Shown: in pieces, positions 1 to 13,991 of the stretch
Position numbering within the stretch: position 1 is the stretch's first letter
Layout of the letters: each line of letters starts with the position of its first letter
Source of the DNA: the human T2T-CHM13v2.0 reference genome, Homo sapiens
DNA length: 64,000 nt
Direction: 5' to 3' (one strand)
Assembly (NCBI RefSeq): GCF_009914755.1
Contig: NC_060927.1
Notes under the pieces: generated by a model
What the model was told of the DNA's origin: nothing
What the model saw: the letters and a program-made list of their open reading frames with translations, nothing else
The model's database searches: none
Made by a program: the position numbers and the translations under genes

Positions 1-152
1 TATTTATTTATTTACTTACTTATTTATTTATTTAGTAGAGATGAGGTCTCCCTATGTTGCCCAGCCTAGTCTTGAACTCCTAGGCTCAAGCAATTCTCTC
101 ACCTCAGCTTCCCAAAGTGCTGGAATTATAGTCATGAGCCCCATGCCCGGCC
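1..152 (-). mobile_element. Alu monomer/left arm (FLAM/AluJ-like) with (TTTA)n tail
   Basis: gtagagatgaggtctccctatgttgcccag...cccaaagtgctggaattatag...cccggcc is the antisense Alu left monomer. Confidence 0.85.
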
Positions 153-993
153 CCTGCAGAGCTTTCAGGTGATGGTTGTTTTTTCCTTCATCATGCCTGG
201 TGGCCAGAGAGGCAGCCTTACTGCTGCCTCCAGTTTATTGTCTCTCTTCCCTTAAAACTCACAGCTTTAAAATCCATGCTCTCAGATTCTTCCATTTCCT
301 GCTGTTATCAGCAGTCACCTCCCAATCCCAGGGAGGTCTCATCTGCTAGAGCCAGGCCTACTCTAATTCACTCCAGCACTATTCCTGTTGTACATAATCC
401 TTTATGATTTTTCACACACTGAAGATGACTCTTCCAAATACCCTGACCTCCTGAGTCCTTAAACTTTTCTCCTCCTATGATCTTGTCTTCCACCCTCTTC
501 CATATCAGCCACCCACTTCCATGAGCATTCCCAAGACTTCATTCAAACAAGCATTACACCCTCTCTAGAATCTCCCTTTCAAGCTTCCCACTCTGTGGCT
601 ACCATCTAATTCTCTTTAGCCTTTCTATTCCAATAGTATTTCAGCCACACCAGAGCATAAAATCCATTAAATCAGTGAATTTACCCTCCTTTCATTATTC
701 CTCACCCATTTTAGGTTCTTAGATTCTACTTTTCCTTCATTGTAATTACTTCTTTGCAAACACCCTCAACTCCCTTGCTCCTGTGTCCCTTTGTTCAGCA
801 TCACCTAGAAAATTCAATCTACCTAAAGCTCATTTTCCACCTACTCTGAACCGGTGCTTCTGGAGAAAGCAGAGAACACAGATGATAAACAAGGTAAAAA
901 AAATGCATAACATTATTTTAGGCAGTGATAAAGCTAAATAGAAGAGTACTTGTGGAATAGGGTAGCATAGGAAGCTATTTTACGTAGACTGAC

Positions 994-1360
994 TGCTATG
1001 GGCTGAATATGTGTGCCCTCCAAAATTATGTTGAAACTCTAATCTCCAATGTGATAGTGTTTGGACATCAGCCTTTGGGAGATAATTAGGTTATGAGGGT
1101 GAAAGCTTCATGATGCAATTGGTGGCCTTATAAAAACAGACAAGAGAGAGCTTCCTTCTTCTCTCTGCTCTCCCTCATGTGAGCGTGTAGCAGAAAGCAG
1201 CCATCCATGAACCAGGAGGAAGGCCCTCAGCAGGAAATTGATCATACTGGCACCCTGATCTCAGACTTCCAGCTTCCAGAGCTGTGAGAAATAAATGTTG
1301 ATTGCTTAAGCCACCCAGTCTGTGGTATTCTTATTACAACAGCTCAAACTCTCTAAGACA
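994..1360 (+). mobile_element. MaLR solo LTR (MLT1A/MLT1A0-like)
   Basis: Begins TGCTATGGGCTGAAT, ends CTAAGACA, internal AATAAA; near-matching 5-bp TSD ctgac/gtgac. Confidence 0.85.
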
Positions 1361-1632
1361 GTGACCAGAAAAGGATTCTGTGAAAAAGTAAGTTTTGTTT
1401 CAGAAACCAGAATGGAGTAAGGGCATGAGTTGTGTGAAGATCTAGGGGAAGAGAAGAAGCTGGCGGTGGGGGAGAGATCTGAGCAAAGCCCCAGAGGTGG
1501 AACAGGCTTGCATTTGTGAAGAGCAGCTACAAATCTTGGGTGCTTCTTGTTGAGTAAACAACAGGAAAAATAACAGGAGGTGAGTACAGACACCTAAACT
1601 CACCTACGGAGAGGTGAGTCCAGTGGCTGGAT

Positions 1633-1837
1633 CTTCATTGTCCAATATGGTAGCCATTAACCACATGTGGCTAGTTAAGTTTATATTGAAATTAATTGAA
1701 ATTTAAAAATCAGTTCCTTAGTAACACTAGCCATATTTCAAGTACTTGGTAAGCACATGTGGCTAGGGGCTACTGTATTAAACACCACAGATTAGAGAAC
1801 ATTTTCATGATTGCACAAGGTTCTAGTGTACAGTGCT
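1633..1837 (-). mobile_element. MER3-like hAT-Charlie DNA transposon
   Basis: tgtccaatatggtagccattaaccacatgtggcta...cacatgtggctaggggctactgtatt matches the internal palindromic motifs of MER3. Confidence 0.75.
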
Positions 1838-2100
1838 GGCTTTGTCCTATGGACTTCATTGTCTGTGCTAAGGAATTTAGATTTTTATCCAAGTTTGAAA
1901 GAAAACCACTGGGGAAAGCCAGGGAGGAGGAGGATCTGGACAGTACATTACTCACATTTTACAAAGATTACTGTGGCTGCTGTATGCAGTGGGACTACAG
2001 CATAGCAAGAGTAAAAGTAAGGGGGCCAGTTAGAAAGCTATGGTAGTCCAGATTAGGGAGAATCTGGTAGCACATAGTGGACAATTTAAGAAGTGATATA

Positions 2101-2378
2101 GGCCCGGCACAGTGGCTCACACCTGTAATCCCAGCACTTTGGGAGGCTGAGGCATGTGGATCACCTGAAGTCAGGAGTTAGGGACCAGCCTGGCCAACAT
2201 GGCAAAACTCTGTATCTACTAAAAATACAAAAATTAGCCGGGTGCGGTGGTGCACACCTGTAGTCCCAGCTACTCAGGAGGCTGAGGCAGGAGAATCGCT
2301 TGAACCTGGGAGGCGGAGGTTGCATGCCACTACACTCCGGCATGGGCAACAGAGTAAAATTCTGTCAAAAAAAAAAAA
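2101..2378 (+). mobile_element. AluS (Sx-like)
   Basis: ggcccggcacagtggctcacacctgtaatcccagcactttggg, central A5TACA5 linker, A tail; short deletion in the right arm. Confidence 0.93.
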
Positions 2379-5300
2379 GGAATATATTTGCATTATATTT
2401 TAGAAATAAAATCAACAAGAGTTCCTATGAATGTATACTGTGAGGTGTGAGGGAGAGAGATAACTCAGGAATGACTTTTAAAAGGTTAATAGGAGAATCA
2501 AAAGATATATAGATATATATATATATATATCAAAATATTTTATGATCCAAGAAGCCCTGTGCAAATGTAAGTTGGTAGCAGTCACAGTAACCTTCAAAAA
2601 GATTGGATGTGAACTTAATCTTATGGATAACTTTGCAAAGATAGAAACAATGTAACTGACTTGACTGAAATTGCATACTGGGAAGAAACAGACAAGAAAG
2701 TTGAAGAGGTCAGATGAAGGTCTTGGAAACTGGGCACAGGGATTTAGATTTGAAAGGTGAGGATAAGAGAAGTCACTAAGGTTGTAATAGTGAAGTGAAA
2801 GATGGATTGGCATGGGGAGCACCTAAAGCCAGGGAGGTGAGTAGTCCAGTCTTTAAAAGATGACAGAGAGCAAATGAGAAGAAAGAGAAAAGAGCAGACA
2901 TGAGAGGAATTTCGATGACAAGTAGAAGTGTCTGTTTCCTCCTCAGGGAGCCATCTTCACAGAGCCTGCACAAGAGGTGGAAGTTGGGATCAGGAGGTCC
3001 CTTATCTGGCTAGAGACTACTTGGTCAGAGTGAATGACCAGAATACATGAATAGAGATTCTAAGATCCCAGCCAGAAATGAGGAGACAAGGAAAATTCCA
3101 ATGGTGGGGTGAGAACCAACAGAGCAAAAGGGGCTAATGTTAGCAGTTAGAAGATAAGAAGCAGGATGGAATGAGGTACAAACAAAGTCATCAAGAATTA
3201 AAAGTGTTAGTCTCACTGCTTATGGAAGCTCTTCTCTTCTATGTTGCTTGGTCCATGTAGGTTATCAGTCAACCTTCAGTCATAGGGACTGACTGTCAGT
3301 CCCAGTAATCTACATTTAAATCTCCTCATGTAGCAAGAAGATAGCAGCAAGGGCCAGAATCATCCAACAAGAAAACACATTGATTTTTGGCTTCTATAAG
3401 CATCTCTCCACAAAGTTTAAAAAAAAAAACAAAGGTGAGAGTCAAGTAGAAAGACATTGGATTAGAATAATTTACTTCAGTCCTAGAGTCTTTCTGGTAC
3501 ATAATATTTACCTCTGCGATAGAGAAAACTCTCTGGTCATAGTTTTCATCATAGAAATTTATTTCCTCCTCCTCCAGTTAATCTTATTCTAAAAACACAA
3601 TGGGAGCCCCACCCTGGAATTCAACAAGCTTAGAGATTTTCATATTGATTTCTTTTTTTATATTTTGTTTTAGCAGATATTGAACCAAAGTTTTATCAGG
3701 CAGAGTATACATGACTTAGATATACATATGAAAAATTAATTATAAATTGGATCTCTGTTTATTGAACAATATTTTTCTACTAGTTTCATTAAAAAATTTG
3801 AGATGAAGTTTCTTGGAAAAATAATATTATAAAAAATAATAAAAATCACAGGATACAAATGCAATAAATCTTTTACATCAGATTTATGGTTGAAAAATGC
3901 TAGGGATAATTTTCTGATAACACATTATTACTACTATACAAAGTTAGTCACTACTTTTTTCCAGAGTTCCATATTTTAGGGGAAATTAGTGCTTTCCATC
4001 TCACAGAAGTACAGGGATGCTTCATTGGAATGCTCAGGAAAGGAGTCATCCGGGAGAATCAAGCCATACTAATAATGGGGGGCAAGAAAATGTTCCAAGC
4101 ATTTTTCCTGTTGATAATTTTGCTTGTAAATCTTTCTGGCTTACATTTCCCTGCTTTTAAAAGCAGAATATACCAAATGTAATTTCATTCCCATATAATA
4201 ACAGCGTTGCAAATGCTTTGTAAATTTCAAAGCAATTTTATCGTTTTTATAATTTCCTTCTCCTAGTTACTCAGAATCACTCTTCTGAATGCCAGTTATT
4301 GAACTTATTATATGTAGGGTAGTTTTTTCCTCGCACTAATGACTCTATACTGCTGTTCTCTCCTAGTTCTTGTGTCTGATTCTTACATTTTACTATCTCC
4401 TCCCACACAGAGTCTATCCCTCTCTCTAGTCTACTCTAAGGCTTCTAATTTGCTTCTGCTAATTTGCGTTTGTAGTGGAAAATAAATCACCAAACTAGTT
4501 GGAGTTTTTTGTTCCTCAAAACAAAATGGACACTGAGCCTAATGGACTATCAGAAAAGTAAACACGGTTTTGTCTTTTAGTGTTTTGTGTTTTGTTTTTG
4601 TTTTTTATTTAGTGATTAATCTGGTAGTTCAGACTTTTTGTTTATATTTTCTGATTCTTGGTTATGTTTCCTATAAGTCATTTTGTCAGATACTGAGTTC
4701 CTGATAGATTTGAAATTTCTTAACTCTTGTTTAGAAGACAAATCAATTAAGCTAAAGTTGCTGGTACTGACTTATTTAATTAATACATTTTTGCTGGTTG
4801 CTTAATGTGTTGATCAGTTTACTGGTCATTATTTTCGATGGATCTGACCTTCTAATTAACATTGAAGAAATAAATTCTCAAATATAAGATTTCATTATTG
4901 TAAATATCTGAGTGGATCTTTTTAAGCTGCCATATTGGGCACTATCTCTTCTATTCAGTTATATATACTGTAAGTGAAAATGATCAAAATAAATGTGTCA
5001 TGAATATGTTGCATGAGACCAAAAAAATAGCAAAAGAAGAAAAATCCAGTTTACAAAAATAAAGCATACAGTTTATGCTTCTTCCCATGAATACAAGAAA
5101 GAACATGATGTAAAATCAAGAGGCCTCATGTCAGACCACCACTCAGACTACTGAAGCCTCCAAATTGTGCAGATATTTAATCATTGTGAAAAATCTTCCT
5201 TCCAGGAGGAATAACTTCAATCCACTTTGGATCACCCAAGTGCTCTTAGAATTTCAAGGATTTTATGAGCTTGTCTGAAAAAGCAATATAAGTTGTTTCA

Positions 5301-5777
5301 TATGTTATTTCTTTGTTCGTTCTTGTGGTTAGGATTATTTTGGCAAAGTTTATTTCATAGATTGCCGATAGGATGACTTTTGCATGCAGCAGGCAGCAAA
5401 AAAAAAAAAACCTAAGCTCAATTTGTAATACATTATAGTGTTGATGATGGGAGATATTTAAAACTTGTGTCTGAGGAGCCAAGAGCAAAATGCCAAGCCA
5501 TCTAGCTCCATGGCAGGATCTTTCCTGGCTCTCAATTGGACCTTCACTGGTAAGTTTGTCCATAGCCTGGTTGGACAGCTAAATGAAGAGCCTGAATCTA
5601 GCTCTCTGAGCCCGTGCATCTGGTTCCCAGACTCTGGGCAGCAGCTGTGAAACAGAAGGAAGCTCATGAAGAGAGCAGCAATTTGACCTCATCCCCTGAT
5701 GGTCAGACTAAAATGTTACCTGCCAGTTTATGAGCTTTGTAGTAAGACTATTTTACTGCCATCTATGAAGGTATGTT

Positions 5778-5781
5778 AAAA

Positions 5782-5861
<80 letters not shown>

Positions 5862-6121
5862 GAAAAGAAAGAAAGAGAGAAAGAAAGAAAGAGAGGTAAA
5901 GAGAAAGAGAGAGGGAAGGAAGGAAGGAAGGAAGGAAGGAAGGAAGGAAGGAGGGAAGGAAGAAAGGAAGGAGGGAAGGAAGAGAAAAAGAAAGAGAGAG
6001 AAAGAAAGAAAGAAAGAGAAAGAAAGGAAGGAAGGAAGGAAAGAAAGAAAGAAAGAAAAGAAAGAAAGAAAGAAAGAGAGAAAGAAAGAAAAGAGAGAAG
6101 GAAGGGAGGGAGGGAAGAAAA
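5778..6121 (+). repeat. Compound polypurine microsatellite (GAAA)n/(GGAA)n/(GA)n
   Basis: About 345 bp of A/G with a single T; (GGAA)9 at 5914-5949. Confidence 0.98.
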
Positions 6122-6239
6122 CAGTCACCCATCAGATCATATCATCTGACTTGAAGGAGCCTCCTTCTGACATACAGGTTGCTGTTGCTGTGGAAGGTAT
6201 TGAGTTCAGATTTTCTATCATCCCTTATTCCTCACCTCT

Positions 6240-6645
6240 AGTTGAGGTCTCTAAAAAGCAGAGCCTGAGGTTCAGAAGCATATAATTCATGGAAGGTGTG
6301 CTGTCAGGAGAAAACCCTAGGTAGGATACAGCAGGAGAGAGGGCTGAACAAGAATGTGGTCTCACGTGAAGTCTTACCTTGGCCTGACCCACATGGGGTA
6401 CAGAGTGCACCAGAGTTGCCCCTCCCTTAAGGAAATATGGCAGGACTTTTTTTTTAACTTTGTGTCAGCTAGTCTTTGGCTCTAGAAATGGAAGAGGGAG
6501 GGGAGTACAATCTCCCAAAGGGGACAGTTCCCATTAGTTGAGGGTGATTCTCTAAAGGAAGAGAGATCTGCCTGCCAAAGCCACTGGGAGACAGGGCAAG
6601 GGCCCCAACAGGGAGGGTCTGGATTGGGCACCCACAGCACCCTCT
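6240..6645. mobile_element. LTR16-like ERVL solo LTR relic
   Basis: agcagagcctgag...tgctgtcaggagaaa and ...ctgggcacccacagca resemble LTR16-family termini. Similar relics at about 13545-13930, 51050-51320 and 54302-54700. Confidence 0.5.
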
Positions 6646-7935
6646 ACAGTGGGTTCCTGTCTGTGCCTCTTTAGCCAGAGCAGTCGTTTCCCTTTTCCAT
6701 GCTCCAATATTCGGAATTTTATTACAATTTTTGCTTCAAAAGAAGAGTGCTGCATTTGACAATGGGTTGACAGACACCTGACATAAGTCTATAAGGGCTT
6801 TTGGCCCTAGGAACTGGGTGGTTACCCCTAGCACGACACTGAGTAACATAGCAGAAAGTGTGAACTATAGATTTTCAGGGAGGGTGTTTCCTCTCAGAAA
6901 ACACCATTTGGAGGGGAGGGATAGCACTTGGCAAGATTTCATTTGGCCAATTTAAAGTGCTGAGTGATGGAGGACAGGTGGCCCAGCTGCCCTGCTCTCC
7001 TAAGACAGCCTTAGTGATCTTGTCCCCTCATATGGCCATCCTTCAATCTAAAATAACTCAATTTATTAAAAAACCATGGCTCTAGGGTAACTTACTCGAG
7101 AATCTTGGAAAAATTTCAATTAAATTGACTCATATACATTCAGTTTTTTAAAATGGTCTCCCAACTGACACTGAAGTCATAGATAAATCAAAGCCCAGAT
7201 CTGGAGTCAACCTGGATTGTGCCTCAAGGTTAAGCCAGCTTTGACCAGCCACTGCTAATTCTACGACTTAGGCAGCCCCAGGCAAAATGGAGGCACTCAT
7301 GTGCAAGTGCTTTGGAAAACACTGAAGGAAATTAATAAATGGAAAGAAAGGATTAAAGTACTTAAAAGGGGGTGGGTTGATGCCCCGGTCGAAAGAGGTA
7401 CAAGCAGTAAAGTAATAGTGAGTGACCTGTGGAAGCTTTCCTGCTCAAGACCCAGCACTAAACACTTTGCTTTCAATGTCTCATCCCCTGCGAGTTTCTC
7501 AGTTTCACACAGGATAAGTAGTTCGTTGTCAAATTCAGGTCACCTGACTCCCAAACCTGGGCTACTATGTTTCAGATTCAGATAGATAATAGAGAGATAA
7601 ATGGATAGATACAGAGATAGAAATATATAAATAGACACACAGCACTTGCTGCTCAGCTACTGTCAAATGGTCATTTGTCCACGTGTTATATAACTATTCG
7701 AGAGCCTTAATGGAGCATTCTGAATCTCATTTCACTGAAAATATAATGTAAAGGAACATTTGAAATCATCACAGATAACCCCATGATTTTAGGGTTGAGG
7801 GAACTGAGGCTCACAGAGCTTGAATTATTCTCGCAATAACACACACATACTACAAGCAAAATCCACAAGACAGAATATTTAGACCTATACGCTGGGTTGG
7901 GACATTCTATAATGACCTTCAAGAATGTTATAGAG

Positions 7936-8121
7936 CAGTTGGCTGCAAACTGAAGTGCATCAGAATCACCTAGAGGGCCAATTGAAACACAGATTATTGG
8001 ACTTCATCCCCAGAGTTTCTGATCTGGTAGGTACTGGGAGAGAGCTGAGATTTTGCAGTTCTGACAAGTTTCTGCTGATGCTCGTGCTAGTAATACAGAG
8101 ACCAGACTTTGAGCACCACTG
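7936..8121 (+). mobile_element. MER5A hAT-Charlie DNA transposon
   Basis: cagt...gtgcatcagaatcacctagagggc...ccccagagtttctgat...ctttgagcaccactg. Confidence 0.85.
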
Positions 8122-9038
8122 CCATAGAAGTAAATACCTACTCTGAGTGCCTGTGATATCCATCCTATTTGTTTATTGCTTTGACCATAATTACGTGCAA
8201 GTGTTCTCTTGACCCAGGCTTGTCTGTAGATATTCCCTTCATACGAAAGGGCTCCGATTATAGCCTCTGTCACTCCATGGATGGCCAGAATTAATTCATG
8301 TAGCAAGGAGGAAAGTGCCAGGACCATAATGGGTTAGTCCAACCTTTCATACACCATCCCTTCTTCCCCAGCTGTGGACTTGGTTAAAGAAGGCAAAGGA
8401 TGTCGGCTTCATATGGCTGAGATTAGCTCACTGAAACCTCCCTATAATGTTTTGTGTTTATTTTGAAACTACTCAGGAGTCAAGCCTCTAAAAATGTACC
8501 TATGTTTACATTTTGGAGTCACTTTTTGTGGAAAAGAGTCTCCATTCCTTCTGGAAATAAAGGAACAGATGGTCAGCCAGGTCATGAAAGAGGCAAAGGG
8601 AACCTCCCAGCTATGCATTTCCTTGGCAGGGATTTCACATTGAAGGACACACTCTTGTTCATCCACAGCATGAGCCTGCCTTTTCCAGTATATTCTTAGA
8701 GGGTTTCTTATGCTCAGTAAAATGCTCATTCTTTTAAAAGTCATTAACAAAAAGGCAATGAGTTGCTTTATTTCCAAAACCTTGCAGAAAGCTACCTTAA
8801 GGACCTCGATAGAAAATAACCAGTGTGTCAAATTGGAACTATAGTTAGAAATGCTGCAGGGAACCCAAGGAAGCCCGCACTGGCTGCTTTAGGAACTTGG
8901 GTAGAAATCACACTGGAAGAGCTGCAGCCATAGACAGGATTCCCCAGCTGCTGTCCTTGGGCACCTGGGAACCTGCTTCCTCCCTGTCTACTAGCAAGAC
9001 AGAAATATGAATTGTTTAATGAATTGAATCACAGAAGG

Positions 9039-9215
9039 CAGAGCCAGATATATAATTTGCGGGGCCCAGTGCAAAGGGAAATCGGAGCTCCTTGCTCAAA
9101 CATTTTGAAGAAATTCAAGACAGCAATAGCAAAAAGCACTAAACCAAACTTGGGGTCCATCTAAGTGCTGGGCCCCATGTACCCACACACAGATCTCATC
9201 CACGAAGCAGGTCTG
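9039..9215 (-). mobile_element. MER45A hAT-Tip100 DNA transposon
   Basis: taatttgcggggcccagtgcaaa...aattcaagacagcaatagca...taaaccaa is the reverse complement of the recalled MER45A consensus. Confidence 0.75.
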
Positions 9216-10299
9216 CAGCATGATCATCATGGCACAGTTTGGCAGAACAAGAGAAAGGGAAGGGGAAAGGGGATGGACATTTCACTTGGACTTGCTGTGC
9301 AAGGTGATTTAGGTACATCATTTTATTTAGTCTCATTTCACAGATGACAAAACTATAGAGGTGGAGGCTGAGAAAAGTAAAGCCGCTTGCCCATGGTCAC
9401 ATGCCTGATATGTCTACACTGAGATTCATTTCTGACTCTAAGTCCCTGTTTGTTTGTTTGTTTGTTTTTGTTTTAAACTTTTCCACATTCATATTCCTGA
9501 AGCAGTATTGGCTTGTAGGAAAAGCTCTTACATATGTTTTTAACTTCTATTCCCTACAAAGCCAAAGAAAGAGTGAATAATGTAATGAATAAGATAATTA
9601 GAAAATGGTCCAAATCCTGGTATAATGATAATAATAAAAGTAGAAACAAGACATGGAGGGGAAGAAGAAGGAAGGAAGGGAAAAGGGAAGGGAAGAGCGA
9701 GGAAGAAGATGGGGAGAAAGAGGGCGGTGAGGAAGAAGGAAGGTGAGCATGTGCTGGACAGTTACTACATACGATCTTGTATGCATTATTCTGTTTAATC
9801 ATCACAACAACCCTCTCAAAGAAGCCTTGGTTTTGTGCCCACTCTACAGATGCAGAGCTAGAAGCTTACAGCACTTAGTTAACTTGCTCAATGCTAAAGG
9901 CTCAAGATTTCTGTCTAAACAACATCTAACATTAGCCTAGGAAGTCACCCAAAATGGATTTAAGGGCTAGGCAAGGGAACAGAGTCCAAGATAATTCTAG
10001 ACTTCAAAAGTTGTAAACTGCAAGAAAATAATAATAATAAACAGAAGGCAGCTCTATACAGGAATAATAAGAAGGAGTATAAATGAAAACATTCAAATTC
10101 CAGAGTAAAAGCCTCCATACATTGGCATTTGTGGGAGTCTCCATCCTGCCTGCTTGATCCCACCCACGTATCCTAAAGCAAAGTTGGCCTGTCCGTCTTC
10201 CCACCTCAGATGGATTCAGGGGAATTATCTACTCAGAGTCTTATCTGCAGAGGAAACTCATTCTAGCTACCCATATGATCAAGCTAGTTATTCACCCTT

Positions 10300-12230
10300 A
10301 AATATGAACAGACAACTAAAGCATAAACCAAAAGGACCACTGTGCACAAACCAAACAGCTAACCCAGAGAAATAAGACGTAACACAAGGATTATGGCTAG
10401 CCTTGAAAACTTTCTAATTGATATCTTCAGAGAGATTCAAGAAGTATTGTGACCATTTCAAAGGAACTGTTTTTTATTTCTTTTAAAAAGGTACAATCAA
10501 TGCCTAGGAATGAATTTTTTGGAAAAATCAGATTTCTGTCTAATTTTTTTGTCAGTTACAATAAGTAATTTAAAAACAATCAATGCAAGGCCTGAAAAAT
10601 AGAATGAACAATTCTGAAGACTGAATCAGATAAATGAAAGATAAAGTTGGAAAATCTCCCAATACATAGAACAAACGACAGATAATTAATAAAAGAAAGG
10701 TCTTGAAATATTGAAAGTTGACACAGGTCAACCAGTCAGTCATCTCCACTGGGAAAAAAACAGTTTGTTTTTTTTTAATTCTCAATTTTCTTCTATTTTT
10801 ATTTTTAATTATCTCTTCACCTCCATTTTAGTGGAAAATTTTTTAATAGAAAAAAATTTTAAAAATTCAGTAGAAAAAAAGTTATATGTTCAAATTGAAA
10901 GGACTCAATAAGGAATGAGCAATGAAAGTAAAATAGAAGTGCCACACAGTAAAAGCAAAAAATGTAAAAATGATATGTGAAAAAATGAAAAATAAAATGG
11001 AAAGAATTCTGCATACACAATTAGTAAAATCATGTGACATTTATAAACTACAAAAATAGATAAAATCCTTAATATTTCCAGAAATTAAGAAACAGGTGAC
11101 CTTATCATGATGAAACTCAGAGGGGCATCAAACTGAGAGTAAAAGTCAAGGGTGCCATGGTTTCAGATTCTGAGCAGAAAGTCTATTCATTCTGGAATCT
11201 GGAATCCAATACTGAGTCATTTGAATGACTCTGAAAAAAACAAGTCATCAACATGTCTCCCAAAAGAGCATAGATAGAAATTAAATCCTGGATAAAGCAC
11301 TAACAAAGCAATTTTGCACAGTGACTCTGACTTGAAAGGTATTTTATATTTTATCTTGTAACACAACTCTGTATGCTACAAGCTCAAAATACAAAACACA
11401 AATTCCATTAAATTCCTTTACACCAACAATACCTATGACACACCTATGAATATCTCTAACAAGAAATATGTAGGTCCTATGTGAAAAAACATGCAAGCAT
11501 TATGGAAAAACAAATAAGGAGATCTAAACAAATGGAAAAACATGACATTTAGATGAGAAGACTCAATATTGTAAAGATGTCAATCACCCTAAATAAATAT
11601 GTAAGCTCAAGTTGATTCCAATCATATACCAACAAGTCTTTTTTAAAATGCAAATTGACAAATTCAGTCTACCATTCTTCTGAGGAAATTAATGGCAGAT
11701 TACTTAAACTTTCTAAGGCACATTCTCTTCCCGTGTAGTATTGGGATCATAATGAAACCTATTTCAAAGGGTAATTGTGAGAATTAAATGAGATAATACA
11801 TGCAAAGCACTTAGCACAATTACCAGCTGATAATAGCACCCACAAATCTTAGTTTACATCATATTATGCTCATGTATATAAATACTCATATGTATGATAA
11901 TGTTCATGCAGCAGTATTTATAACAGCAAAAATTAGTAAGGCCTCAAATTTCTATCAGTATCATAATTATAATGATTAAGTACAATATACTATATCCCAC
12001 AGCATGGAAAAATATTATTAAAATTTGTTATGAATATGCCTATAATCTGACATGAACAAAGAAAGTCACAAAACAACATGTGTACACATTCATGTAAAAA
12101 ATATATAAAAATTGGTAAATAGATGATAGATGTTTTTAAATAAAAGTAAATATATGTTAGTAAGTTCACAGAAATGTTTCTGGAATTATACGCACCAAAC
12201 TGTTACCAATTGTTTGTGTATAGAATACAA
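10300..12230 (+). mobile_element. Fragmented ancient L1ME-type LINE, with a MIR inserted at about 11680-11850
   Basis: A-rich ORF1/ORF2-like remnants such as gaagactcaatattgtaaagatgtcaat and gttcaaattgaaaggactca. Boundaries approximate. Confidence 0.6.
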
Positions 12231-12296
12231 AGATTGATGATATTATAAATTATATAATATACAGCTATTATATATTCTTTATTATAAATGCATCTA

Positions 12297-12374
12297 TTAG
12301 GTTGGTGCAAAAGTAATTGTAGTTTTTGTCATCACTTTAAATGGCAAAACCACATTACTTTTGTGCCATCCTAA
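12297..12374. mobile_element. MADE1 (Hsmar1-derived mariner MITE)
   Basis: ttaggttggtgcaaaagtaattg...cattacttttgtgccatcctaa, a near-palindrome flanked by TA at 12295-12296 and 12375-12376. Confidence 0.92.
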
Positions 12375-13096
12375 TATATTATCTGAAAAATTTAAAATAT
12401 CATACGATTCTTGTTTACTTTAAAACTATGAAATAGGAAAGGACAGTGTTTTCAGGTTGTAGTTGAGCTTCAGGAGATCCCTGTGCCAGCAGGGTCGCCC
12501 TCAATGAAGAAGGAGGCTTGCACCAAGCTGCTGGCCTCACCTTGGGGCCACCCATGCTTAAACCCGAATGCAAACCCCTCAGCCACCAATTCTCTCTTCA
12601 GCTTTATCTCCATTCCTACCTGAGCTTGCTACCCCTGACTTACTGTGCCACACTCCCCAAGTGTTCCAACCCTCCACCATGTGCTCTGAAACCTTGAGCT
12701 GTGATAATCATGCTCCCTTGTATTATGAGGGTGTTCACAGCTTCTCTGTCTGATGAGTCACTGAGGCCAGGAGTTCCCGAAGACACACAGCTTCCTGCAG
12801 CCCTCCCCAGTGAAAGCTTCTCCCAGCACTGTACCTCCAATTTTATGGTAGGAAGGTGGAGAAGGATCTCCTTCATCATCTAGGGCTGTCGCTTGGCAGT
12901 TACTCCATCCCCAGATACACAACTGATCGCTATTTAAAGACCCTGCATGATCTAACCCTTGCCTCCCCGTCAGCTCCATATATGATATAGCTAAATCCCC
13001 AGCCACACATGACAGTTCAGCAACTGTGAACTACTGAATCCATCATGTGTTTCTTGCTTCCATTTCTTTGCCCTTCTAACCAGATCTCTTCTTTCT

Positions 13097-13386
13097 TCTT
13101 TTAGAGACAAGAGTTTTGCTCTGTCATCCAGGTTGGAGTGCAGTAACATGATTATAGCGCACTGCAGCCTCCAAATGCCTGGGCTCAAGCAATTACTGCT
13201 TCAGCCTCCCAAGTAGCTGGGACTACAGGCGCATGCCACCATGCCCGACTGCTTTTTAGTTTTTATTTTGTAGAGATGGGGTCTCACTTTGTTGCCCAGG
13301 ATGGTCTTGAACTCCTGGATTCAAGCAATTCTCATGCCTCAGCCTCCCAAAGTTCTGGGATTATACGCATGAGCCACAACAACTAG
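13097..13386 (-). mobile_element. AluJ
   Basis: Antisense dimeric Alu; TSD cagatctcttc(t/c)ttct at 13081 and 13387. Confidence 0.92.
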
Positions 13387-13991
13387 CAGATCTCTTCCTT
13401 CTGACCAGAAGACTGTTTCGTATTTCCCCTACTTCTTGCCCCCTCTATTAGCATGGTCCCAGTAGTGCTTTAAGACACAACTTTGATCAGGAAACCTTTC
13501 TCTTCAACCCTCAGCCCCCTCCCCACCCAGCAGCCTGGGTTAAATGGCCTGCTTAGGTCTGCTTCGCTGCACAGACTCTGAGATGGAGAATCACATGCAG
13601 GTAGTTTCTGAGAGGCACTTTTGGGAAGAGGCCCTGGAAGACACCAGGGAAAGTGAGAATGGGCTAAGGGAGATGTTAAACTGCAGTGCAGTTACAGCAA
13701 AGGCCTTGGTCTATTGCATGAGGAGCTCTGAAGCTGGAGTGGTCCATCAGAGTTGTTCCAAATTGGCAAAAGAGCATGGGGCCTATACTCTCACATCTAC
13801 CAGCTGTGCCTCCAAGGAAAGGACATGGTCTTGATTGAGGCTGCCCCATTCACTGCGAACCTGCAGCCAACAATGCTTCAACAGCAAGGGAATAAGGCTG
13901 GTGATCTGGGCTGTGCACCACAGCTCCCGCTGCGTGACCGTTCTCTGCACTTACCAGCATGTGTTATAATGTGTCAGTCTTCCCTCTAGAC

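Noticed and set aside
5763-6285. Long K/E/R-rich and F/L/S-rich ORFs on both strands
   Set aside because: Translations of the GAAA/GGAA microsatellite, which lacks stop codons.
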